Virus record (IMG/VR): IMGVR_UViG_3300045988_164138
Coordinates: 1 to 42,735 of that record
Reading direction: 5' to 3' (one strand)
DNA length: 42,735 nucleotides
From: a virus
The notes below the pieces were generated by a model. It worked only from the letters and a program-made list of their open reading frames with translations, did not search any database and had not been told where the DNA came from. The translations under genes were made by a program, and so were the position numbers. Below, in pieces: positions 16,564-25,500 of the stretch. Each line of letters starts with the position of its first letter. Position 1 is the first letter of the stretch.

Positions 16564-16574
16564 TCACGTGAAAC
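16558..16574. repeat. third copy of AATGTTTCACGTGAAAC
   Basis: Identical 17-mer to 9325-9341. It ends 1 nt before the stop codon (16576-16578) of the minus-strand hydrolase gene. Confidence 0.85.
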
Positions 16575-16575
16575 G

Positions 16576-17565
16576 TCAGGCGCCCGGCTGCGGAGCCGGA
16601 GACGCTTTCGCCTCCAATGCGGCAACGCGCTCAGCCAGGCCGAGGTAGCCGCCATGCCAAGCGATCACACGCTCCATAATCCAATCTGACGGAGGATTCT
16701 GGTAAGGGTTCTTCTCAGGCACCCACTGGCCACCCTCACCCTGCACCAGCTCGCCGTCGGTCACATACAAGTGTGAAACACCGAACGATGCGGCGCGGTC
16801 GATTACCTGTCGGAAGTTCTCTTTCGTAACCCCGTGGATGACGTGCCACCATTTGGTGGAAGGCTGTGCGCGCATCACGTCATTCGCGATCGGGTTATTG
16901 GGGTCGTCCGTCAAATACTTGGCGGCAGTGTTCTCGAAACTCATGCACACGTCAAAGTCAAGCGCGCACACGGCCTCAGTAATGTTACTGCCAGGGTTGA
17001 TAGCGATTGTGAAATTCTTGCCATAGGCACGTCGAATTTCGCCAATGAGATCACCGTACCAACCAACGCGTCCCGCCTGTGCCCCCCAGCCGTTGATTAC
17101 CTCATCCAAGAACACGCCCTGGAAAAGACCATCATACTGGGAGCGCAGGTTGGCGCACAGCTGCATAATGTATTCGCGCGTGAACTTGTCCGGGTCCGGC
17201 ACGCCATTCCGGGCGGCATCGTCTTTGGCGAGCGATGCGACACCGTAGCGGGTAGGAATGTACCAAAGAATTCTCTTCGCCCCGGCGGCCTGGGCGCGCT
17301 GCGCCTGCGCGAGAAAGTCGTTGTCTTTGGCGGACCAATCGCCCGTGGAGCGGTTCATGATTACGTAGCCGAGCGCATTCCCATAGGCCAGCGTCTTGGT
17401 CCATTTCGAGATCTTTCCGGCCTGGCCTTCATTGTAGAAGTCAGGCCAGAAGTACGTGACGGGGGAGTAGTAGTGTCCGCCGACCGTGAAAGGCGAGATT
17501 GAGGAGAACAGGGGGGCGACCAGCTTATCTACGCCGGCCTTAGTGTACCCAGTAATGTTTGCCAT
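16576..17565 (-). CDS. putative tail-associated glycoside hydrolase, Spherulin4/GH135-like TIM-barrel
   Basis: The pattern YVIMNRSTGDW ... AGAKRILWYIPTRYG ... FQGVFLDEV resembles the Spherulation-specific family 4 signature (NP.nGPG ... GYV.T.YG ... GiFfDe). Last gene of the tail module. Confidence 0.45.
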   Translation of the reverse strand: MANITGYTKAGVDKLVAPLFSSISPFTVGGHYYSPVTYFWPDFYNEGQAGKISKWTKTLAYGNALGYVIMNRSTGDWSAKDNDFLAQAQRAQAAGAKRILWYIPTRYGVASLAKDDAARNGVPDPDKFTREYIMQLCANLRSQYDGLFQGVFLDEVINGWGAQAGRVGWYGDLIGEIRRAYGKNFTIAINPGSNITEAVCALDFDVCMSFENTAAKYLTDDPNNPIANDVMRAQPSTKWWHVIHGVTKENFRQVIDRAASFGVSHLYVTDGELVQGEGGQWVPEKNPYQNPPSDWIMERVIAWHGGYLGLAERVAALEAKASPAPQPGA

Positions 17566-17574
17566 TGTGTTTTC

Positions 17575-17967
17575 TCACTCTCCGTAGGTCCAGGTAAGAC
17601 CATCGTCACTGACGGTGATCTTGCCACCATTGCCCTGGCCGCCGCCGTCAGGATTGCCGGGATCAGGGGTACTGCCGCCGTTCCATGCTGACAGGGAGGT
17701 CACCTGCACGTCACCGGAGGCCGGCAATTCTGCCCCGCGGACTTCGCGCGCCCAAACGCCGGCAACATTCAAGACGATCGCCCACCGTCCACCATGGCTG
17801 GCGTCTACCTCCACCTCAATCCTGCCCTTGTCGTCAGCATCGCCGCGTACCGGGGCAGGAACGGTAGTAATATTGTCGGACGTGTAGACGGTTTCCGGGC
17901 GGACGCTCATTGTTGCGTTGACTGTCTTGCCGGCCGCATTCACAACCGTCGCTATGACCTTGGTCAT
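17575..17967 (-). CDS. hypothetical tail-module protein (130 aa)
   Basis: RBS aggtga. Beta-rich sequence, Gly-rich near the C-terminus. Confidence 0.5.
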   Translation of the reverse strand: MTKVIATVVNAAGKTVNATMSVRPETVYTSDNITTVPAPVRGDADDKGRIEVEVDASHGGRWAIVLNVAGVWAREVRGAELPASGDVQVTSLSAWNGGSTPDPGNPDGGGQGNGGKITVSDDGLTWTYGE

Positions 17968-18008
17968 ATTATTATCACCTATTTCTAATAGTGAACTATA
18001 TTTGTTGA

Positions 18009-18710
18009 TTACAGGTCAACGCGAGTCGCACCAAGAGTAGCCACCGTAAAAACGGTACCCGGGAAAACGCCACCATCGTAATGCCAGTACGGGTCAGCAC
18101 CGTAACTACCCGCCGTAGTGTAAGCAACCCGGTGCGAGCCGGCCTCCACGGAAAGGCGCCACTGCATGTGATGGGTCATAAACGTGCGGTTGTACTGAAT
18201 TTCGGTCTGCCAAATACCCCGATTGTCAAGCTTGAACCCGAAAAAATACGAGCCGACCGCCTTATCCTTCTCCTCCTCGGAATGATAGTCCTCGTGTGCA
18301 ATGCTCACGCACACGTCAAGCGAGAACTCCATAAGACTCTTAATAGGTAGGGTAACAATGCCGTCGCCCCACGTGTAAGTGGCGTGATCCGAGGTCGGGC
18401 GTCCGCGGCCGTTCGTGTTATCGCGATGCCTGTAAAGCACGCCACTGAACGAGTTCGCAGGGTTAATGTTGAAACTGCCATCGCCGCCTTTAGAGCCGTC
18501 GGCAGTGTACAGAATGTCGTCAATAATGAAAACGGCGGGACGCGCTTTCGAGACCGCCCCAGACGGTGCAGCCGCAAGCATGACCCGCGCTGCCGCTACG
18601 GACGCCGCCGGCATAACCCTACCAGCGGAATCATCATAAGCGTCCCAAGCCTCAATGAGATTATCGTCTACCGTGGGGACGATACCGCCGGTCCACCTAG
18701 TGTTAGGCAT
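18009..18710 (-). CDS. hypothetical tail-module protein (233 aa)
   Basis: RBS aggagaaaa. Assigned from its position between the fibre and hydrolase genes. Confidence 0.5.
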   Translation of the reverse strand: MPNTRWTGGIVPTVDDNLIEAWDAYDDSAGRVMPAASVAAARVMLAAAPSGAVSKARPAVFIIDDILYTADGSKGGDGSFNINPANSFSGVLYRHRDNTNGRGRPTSDHATYTWGDGIVTLPIKSLMEFSLDVCVSIAHEDYHSEEEKDKAVGSYFFGFKLDNRGIWQTEIQYNRTFMTHHMQWRLSVEAGSHRVAYTTAGSYGADPYWHYDGGVFPGTVFTVATLGATRVDL

Positions 18711-18744
18711 ATTGTTTTCTCCTAAAAATATTGTTACACAATCT

Positions 18745-20661
18745 TCAGTAGGTGAGCCAGCTAGCCGTCATCTCGCCCCAATCCATAATTGTACCCTCGT
18801 CAATATTCTGATACGTATAAAGTGCAATCCGATCCCCGACGTTCAGGCGCCTGACGCCTGTCACCTGCAACGCCGTCCACAAACCATGGTTCAGCGCGGC
18901 ATACATGTAAACGCCGTATTCATCATCGTTACTGCGAGAAACCTTCGTGCCACCAACGTATCCGGCCCATGATGATCTGTACCATGTTGTGCCATCTAGA
19001 CGATAAAGACCACTCTGCGGAATAATGATCTCTACACCGTCCACCTGCATACCGCCACGAACGATCTTCTCCTGCGCCCCGACCGGGACCTTGGTCCACT
19101 TATCTTTCACAGTCCACAAATGGGCATTGTTTGTTGCCAAGTGGGCGAAAGGCGGCTCTGTGAAAGTGCGCCACGACGACGCGTGAGGCGCGGGCGACCC
19201 GGGCGGGTCGTAGGACACACCATTCGTGTCCATAATGAGCTCGCCGCCCTGACGGTCGGTGATCTGTATCTTCGCCACACCCTCGTCGTCGCGGAAAATA
19301 TGCAAACCCGAGGAGCGACTCATTTTCCATGACACGTACATGGAATAAATGATTCCGAGCGTCATTCCCGGCGTGAAAACATCGTTCGTGCGGGCACTGA
19401 TGTAGAAAGGCGTGTCGGTGTCTTGGATCCACGCGCCGTCGGGTAGCGTGAAATCGAATCTTATTTTCTGCCCGGCCGTCGCCTGCTCGTCAACGGCAAT
19501 GATTCTATTCTTGCCAATGTTGATCGTGAGAATCGCGCGACCGTTCCACGACGGCGTAAAAAGAATATACCCCTCGACCTTGCCGACACCCTCGCCGGCA
19601 ATACCATAGGTTTTTGGTTTCGCAACAGCAATGTCGTAGATTGCCATCTGCGCCCCATCGTTACGATTAGGGCGATCCCTGTCAGTCAGAACGAATCGCG
19701 TGCCACCCTCCATCTCATCGACGGTCGCGATTTTGGGAGACCAGATAGACTCCCAGAACCCGTATTCACTGCCAAGTCCGAATCGAATATTCTTCTCACC
19801 CGACGTCGGCTCAGTATCAACAAGCGAAAGCTCACCACCAATAAGCCTGTTACCGATGAGATCACCGGTGACCTTTGCCGCGTTGAATGTTGCGTTTCCG
19901 GCAGTCAACATTTCCGTAGTGACGGACGCGAACGCCGCGATTTTCGCCCAGAGTTCCCCGGACGCGTAAATGTTGCGAGCGGACACAGAACCATCGGCCA
20001 GTGAGACGTTCCCCACGGACGAGGGGACGAGAATGCTGCCGGCGACCATCGTCCTGGTAACCCACTGCGTACCGTCCCAAATACGCACGTCAGTAATGTG
20101 CCCAGCATTATCTGTGACATACCAAATCAATCCTGTGACAGGATTCTCTGGAGCGGTCTGGGCCACTACGGGCGGCCGGTTAGCTTCCGCAATCTGGACA
20201 GCTTTTTCCGCGTCTTTCGCGGCCTTATTCGCAGCACCTTCAGCCTTGTTTGCCCGGTCGCGAATCGCGTCGGCCTCCTTGAAAGCACGTTCGGCGTCTT
20301 TTGCGGCCTGGCTGAGCATTTTACCAGTATGCCCGAGATTCTCAACTTTTGCACCGGAAGGCGGCTCAGCAATAGGGTCACTGATCTTGACTACACGGCC
20401 GGATGAGTCAATGATGACGAGTACGCGGGCGCCTATCCACGTGGCAATCCCGTCGGATTCGCCAACAGCATGGGAGGTCGGATTGCTGTAGGGGATTCCT
20501 ACTTCTACCCATCCGGACGGGAGCGTACTGTCGGTGGCGGACGTGCCGGTGATTTTCCCGTACGTCCATGATACTGAGGATTGCTGAACAATAACATTGT
20601 TATTGTTGCGCCCGCCGCCGTTTCGTGGCGCCGTGTCAAGCAATAGTGACGGTCTGACCAT
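18745..20661 (-). CDS. minor tail / tail fibre protein with a coiled-coil segment
   Basis: 638 aa. Contains the coiled-coil AKDAERAFKEADAIRDRANKAEGAANKAAKDAEKAVQIAEANR. Located after the Tal-like gene. Confidence 0.6.
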   Translation of the reverse strand: MVRPSLLLDTAPRNGGGRNNNNVIVQQSSVSWTYGKITGTSATDSTLPSGWVEVGIPYSNPTSHAVGESDGIATWIGARVLVIIDSSGRVVKISDPIAEPPSGAKVENLGHTGKMLSQAAKDAERAFKEADAIRDRANKAEGAANKAAKDAEKAVQIAEANRPPVVAQTAPENPVTGLIWYVTDNAGHITDVRIWDGTQWVTRTMVAGSILVPSSVGNVSLADGSVSARNIYASGELWAKIAAFASVTTEMLTAGNATFNAAKVTGDLIGNRLIGGELSLVDTEPTSGEKNIRFGLGSEYGFWESIWSPKIATVDEMEGGTRFVLTDRDRPNRNDGAQMAIYDIAVAKPKTYGIAGEGVGKVEGYILFTPSWNGRAILTINIGKNRIIAVDEQATAGQKIRFDFTLPDGAWIQDTDTPFYISARTNDVFTPGMTLGIIYSMYVSWKMSRSSGLHIFRDDEGVAKIQITDRQGGELIMDTNGVSYDPPGSPAPHASSWRTFTEPPFAHLATNNAHLWTVKDKWTKVPVGAQEKIVRGGMQVDGVEIIIPQSGLYRLDGTTWYRSSWAGYVGGTKVSRSNDDEYGVYMYAALNHGLWTALQVTGVRRLNVGDRIALYTYQNIDEGTIMDWGEMTASWLTY

Positions 20662-20671
20662 GATGCCCCGT

Positions 20672-21745
20672 TTATTCTCCCAGTACCTCTATGTCTACCC
20701 TCATTGTAGCGGACGGATCAGACAATGGGAGACTGTAGGCTGTGACGCGGCCTGCAATATGCTCCCCCTCCTCGGTAATCGCACCGACAATATCCCCGAC
20801 CTCAATACGGGCATCCGGAATAATAGTCAAAGAGCGGGAAGAGCGAGAGGAAATGTCCTGAATCATATACGTGTCCGCAGCCTCGGACACCTCTCGCGCC
20901 GAGCTTGCGGCGCTGAATTCTTTATGCGAAGTAACCCAACCATAGCCGGACGGCTCATAAGGCGGGTCAGTAAATTCTCGTTCCGCTGTCCAACGCTCCT
21001 CTTGCTCGCCCTGAGCTTTTTGCTGCTTGCTACCGGTAACGTACCAACGATTAGGGCGACGGCCTCCCGACCTCGGGGCGCGTGGGGCCTCCAAGAGGAA
21101 ACCTGACTCGTACGTGTAAATCTCATCGGGCGCAGTTTTGTCGCGGAGTTTGAAAATGTGCAGCATCCCGTCAGCGCCGCTACGAATACCGCATCCCCGC
21201 GATTCGACGAGCTTATAGATTGATTCGATTCGCGAATTTCCCCACTGTGTGGTGCGGGGAATGGGCGCGTCCCAGACGTCGTCCTCCAGTTTCACTCGCA
21301 CGTATTCGGCGAGTTCGTTGGCCTCGGAAAGTAGGGTTGCGCCAGCGGTGGGGGAGGACGGCCACGGACGAGGGGTATCGGCAAGAATCTGCGTCAAATC
21401 TTTACAGGAGACATTCACTTTTTCTTTCGACACGGACCATTCCATGTTGACAAACTCGCCGAGCGGAATTTCCCAGTAGTCGCCGCGCCGATTCTCATAG
21501 AGTGCGGTTACCATGGAACGCTGTCCGAAATTGTTGAGCGCGTCCAACGGCCATTCCGGGACCCAGGACATTGGGCAAGAATAAGTCAGAGCGCCCGGGA
21601 CTTGGCGGTTCGTTGAGGACCACTCGACTTTCACTTCAGAGGCGGGGATTCCTGTTTTGAGAACTTCGCCGCCTCGAATGATGTCGATTCTTGCGCCGAT
21701 GCTGAGACCGTCTGAAAGGGCGGCCAGTGTGGGGCCGTTTCTCAT
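20672..21745 (-). CDS. minor tail protein (Tal/baseplate-hub-like, by position)
   Basis: ATG 21745 forms an ATGA overlap with the upstream stop. Second gene after the tape measure. Confidence 0.5.
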   Translation of the reverse strand: MRNGPTLAALSDGLSIGARIDIIRGGEVLKTGIPASEVKVEWSSTNRQVPGALTYSCPMSWVPEWPLDALNNFGQRSMVTALYENRRGDYWEIPLGEFVNMEWSVSKEKVNVSCKDLTQILADTPRPWPSSPTAGATLLSEANELAEYVRVKLEDDVWDAPIPRTTQWGNSRIESIYKLVESRGCGIRSGADGMLHIFKLRDKTAPDEIYTYESGFLLEAPRAPRSGGRRPNRWYVTGSKQQKAQGEQEERWTAEREFTDPPYEPSGYGWVTSHKEFSAASSAREVSEAADTYMIQDISSRSSRSLTIIPDARIEVGDIVGAITEEGEHIAGRVTAYSLPLSDPSATMRVDIEVLGE

Positions 21746-22521
21746 GGCATACCCGCAATCATTTTGCAAATCTCAATGTATGTGCGCGACTTCCAGACTT
21801 TGTCGACTTCACGCCATTCGCCCCAGGTGACGCAAGGTGCAGCTCCCCAGCCAGCGTGAGGGCCGACAAGCATTGGCGAATCTTCAGGGACTTCATGCCA
21901 TTTCACGTTCCACCGGATAATACCGTCTCCCGTGATCCTGGCACTGTCAACCTTGTCCACGGTGATGAATCGTGAAGGTAGAACGTCGGCGGGGGCGCCG
22001 GGCGTGAGAATGAGAGGCTCACGCTTCTGCAAGATCTCCCAAACATTGTTAACGTGAGACGGGTCATCTAGAACGAATTGTCCGCCTCCAGTGCGAGCCA
22101 CTTCTAGCATCGGCCACCTGGCGATAAGTGAATTATATCTCGAAATTGGGGAGGACCATTCTCTTTTATCCTGAGCCTCCTCCCAGATGAGCCCGGGCAC
22201 GGTGCGCCCGTTGAGGCCGCTCACCATGCCACGCCACCACTCCACCTCGGGGCGAGTCAACGTGACCGAGGAGTCGCCCTGAGTATATTTTATTGTGGTG
22301 CCCGGCACAGCGTATGCGTCTGAGAGGATCATTGTCACCGGCTCGGTGAGCTGGGGGCCCTCGAGTTCGCGAATCATTTTTGCACGCCCAGTGAGTGGTC
22401 TTTTGTCGCGAGCCATCCCGGGCACAGCGAAAAGACGATCCCCCGCATAGACGGGTTCTTTGCCTGTGGCCATTATTGACGGCAGCCCCGTGTGTGTAGC
22501 AATCCATCCCGTGATCGGCAT
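21742..22521 (-). CDS. distal tail protein (Dit-like, by position)
   Basis: 259 aa, first gene after the tape measure. Confidence 0.5.
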   Translation of the reverse strand: MPITGWIATHTGLPSIMATGKEPVYAGDRLFAVPGMARDKRPLTGRAKMIRELEGPQLTEPVTMILSDAYAVPGTTIKYTQGDSSVTLTRPEVEWWRGMVSGLNGRTVPGLIWEEAQDKREWSSPISRYNSLIARWPMLEVARTGGGQFVLDDPSHVNNVWEILQKREPLILTPGAPADVLPSRFITVDKVDSARITGDGIIRWNVKWHEVPEDSPMLVGPHAGWGAAPCVTWGEWREVDKVWKSRTYIEICKMIAGMP

Positions 22522-22548
22522 TATTTCGTGCTTTCCGTCATAATGGTT

Positions 22549-25500
22549 TTATCGGTTCATTCGGTCATAGTCTACTATGGCCGATGTCGCCTCTACTTGC
22601 ATGCGGCCGACAAGATCGTTGTCCACGTCTCGAATTTCGAGCACGTCCGGGCCGAGTGCACGATTCTCCAGAAGGTTGATCAGCTTGTCCATTTTCTCCC
22701 ACTGGGCTGACGTGAAAACGGGCTCCGGGCGGCCGGTCTTATTCTCAATTGTTGAGAGGCCGGGCTGCAGGAATCCGCCGTTATCGTAGCGAAGATTTCC
22801 TGCGGACGGTCCACCGTAGATCGGGACCTCACGTACCGGGATACCGAAAGTCGGCGCTTCGACCATCATCCCGTTACCGGAGGCAATAGCAACGTGGTGG
22901 GCCGGGTAACCCCAGAACAGGAGCGTTCCGGGAACCATGGGATTACCGGGAGATGACATTGCCTGATATCCGGCCGCCGTGAGACGCGGCACATGAATAC
23001 CCATAGCATTGAGCGCCCAATAGACAAGACCAGAACAGTCGAGCCCGCCCCCCGGAGAGACGCCACCCCAAACATACGGGGTACCAATAGCCCGTCGCGC
23101 AGTATTCACGAGGTCGCCAGCGGCGGCACCAATAGCACCGATTCCGCCACCGAATCCGCTGACCACAGGCATGTGATCTTTAATCCAGTCACCGAGCGCG
23201 TCAATGGTTTTATCCACGCCCGCCTTTCCGGCGTCAAAGAATGGCTTTGCCCCGTCGCCGCCCCATGAATCGAGAAGCTTGTGAACCGGAGCCTTGATGA
23301 CAGTCTCGACGGCTCCGATCGGGTCGGAGAAGATCGAGGACACCGCATCAGCGGCGCCGGTGATCCAATTAAGCGCGGCGGACGCGCCTTTTTCTACTGT
23401 TGATTTGACAGGATCCCAAATACCGCCTGGAGCGAATGCGGCATACCCCGCATCACCACCGGGAATCCGGTCCCCGTGCGCGGCGGCACGGTTCATGGCA
23501 TTCACCATTGCAGGCCCACCGACCGCTTTAACCCATTCGGGTCGCATGATTGCTTCTCCGCCGGAAAGCGCGAGCCGGCCACCACCATCAGGTGACACGA
23601 AATGGTAAATGTCGCGGCCCGGAGAGTATCCGGGCAGAACCCCACCGGACGCGTACCCACCAATTGTAGGGGCCTCGGGAAGACGAAGATCGAGGGAGAG
23701 CTTCTCCATCATTCCGTTAACGAGTTTCCGCAGCCCATTGTTGTAGACTGTGCCGATAACGAAGTTAACGGGCTTGGCGGCGGCTTCTTTAATTTTGTCC
23801 CACGCCGTCCTAACACCGTCTTTCATTGTGTTGGCGGCGGCTACGACCCTGTCCCAGGCGCTTGTAATTGCGGGGACGAGCGTGTTGGCAATCCAATCTT
23901 TAACGATTTGGATTTCGCCTTTCAGGATGTTCCACGCGGAGACGACCATGTTTTTCAGCCAGCTGGTCCACGAAACAACGGTGTTCCAGGCGGCGCTGAT
24001 CGTGGTGGCTGCGCCTTGGATTACGGCGACTCCCATGGTGACCGCGGCGATGATGGATGCGAATACGAACGCGATGATTCCGCCCAGAATTTTCGCACCC
24101 GTAGAGATTATCTCCCAGGCCACGCTAATAACGGGTGCAGCGTAGGTTTGAATCCAATTCACCACAGGCTGCATTACAGCCCAAATACCATTCCATGTCG
24201 CCGACAGGGAGCCCCACATTATGGAGGCCGTATCTTTAATGGCGTTGAATGCTCCGACCACCCATGGCCACGCAATATTGTAAATCCAATCGACCACGGG
24301 CTGAATAGTGGCCCAAATACCGTTCCACGCCGCTGATATGGTGCCCCAAAGGGACGATGCGGTGTCTTTGATTGTGTTGAACGTATCTACTACCCATGGC
24401 CACGCCGTATAGTAGATCCACTCAACTACCGGCTGCATAGCCGCCTGAATCGCAGCCCACGCGACCTGAATATTAGACCACATGTTAGCGGCCGTATCTT
24501 TAATCGCATTAAACGCGCCGACCACCCACGGCCAGACTGTGTTGTAAATCCAATCCGCAACGGGCTGAATAGCGGTCTGAATGGCAGTCCAAGCGATTTG
24601 AATATCGGCCCACATCATGGAGGCGGTGTCTTTGATCGCGTTAAAGGCACCGACCACCATGGGCCAGATATCATTGTAGATTTGTGTGGCGACGGGCATG
24701 ATTGCTGCCCAAATGGCGTCCCACGCCCACTGAATCGTAGACCAAAGCGCACTTACACCCCAACTGATAGCATCCCATGCCGTAGTGAGATACAGGGCAG
24801 CGACGTTGACAATCCAATCGACGACGGGCCGAATTATGTCGCTGATCCCCTGCCAGGCTGCGACCATCCCGTTCCACACGATCATCGCGCCCGCGGAAAT
24901 GCCGTCCCATGCTGCCTGAAGATTGGGCCACGCAGTATTTACGATCCAATCAACGACGGCTTGAATGACGGGCTGTATTCCCTGCCATGCGCCGACGATA
25001 CCGTTCCATACCCATTGGGCGCCGGCGACGATTCCGTCCCACGCCGCCTGAAGTGCGGGCCATGCGGTGCCGACTATCCAATCAACAACCGCCTGAATGA
25101 CAGGTTGCATTCCCTGCCAGACGGATACCATGACGCCCCACATCCACTGGGCGCCTGCCACGATCCCGTCCCAGGCAACTTGCATGAGAGGCCATACGTT
25201 AGCGGCGAACCAATCTGCCACGGCCCCGGCGGCAGTTTTGATTGCTTCCCAACAGGAAATGACAACATTCCGGAATGTTTCGGAGTTCTGCCATGCCACA
25301 ATGATTGCCGCAACCAATGCTGCGATAGCGATCACAACAAGGCCGATCGGGTTAGCGTCCATTGCGGCGTTGAATGCCCACTGCGCCGCGGTCGAGGCGA
25401 TTGTTGCAGTTTTGTGAAGAACCATCATTGCCGTGGCCCTACCCCAAGCAACCGCCTGCATCGTGATCTGTGTCGTTGCACGTGCGATATTCGATAGGAA

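Noticed and set aside
16834-17502. 222-aa plus-strand ORF antisense to the hydrolase-like gene
   Set aside because: It lies beyond the bidirectional terminator at 16.5 kb, and the minus-strand product has coherent family-like motifs.
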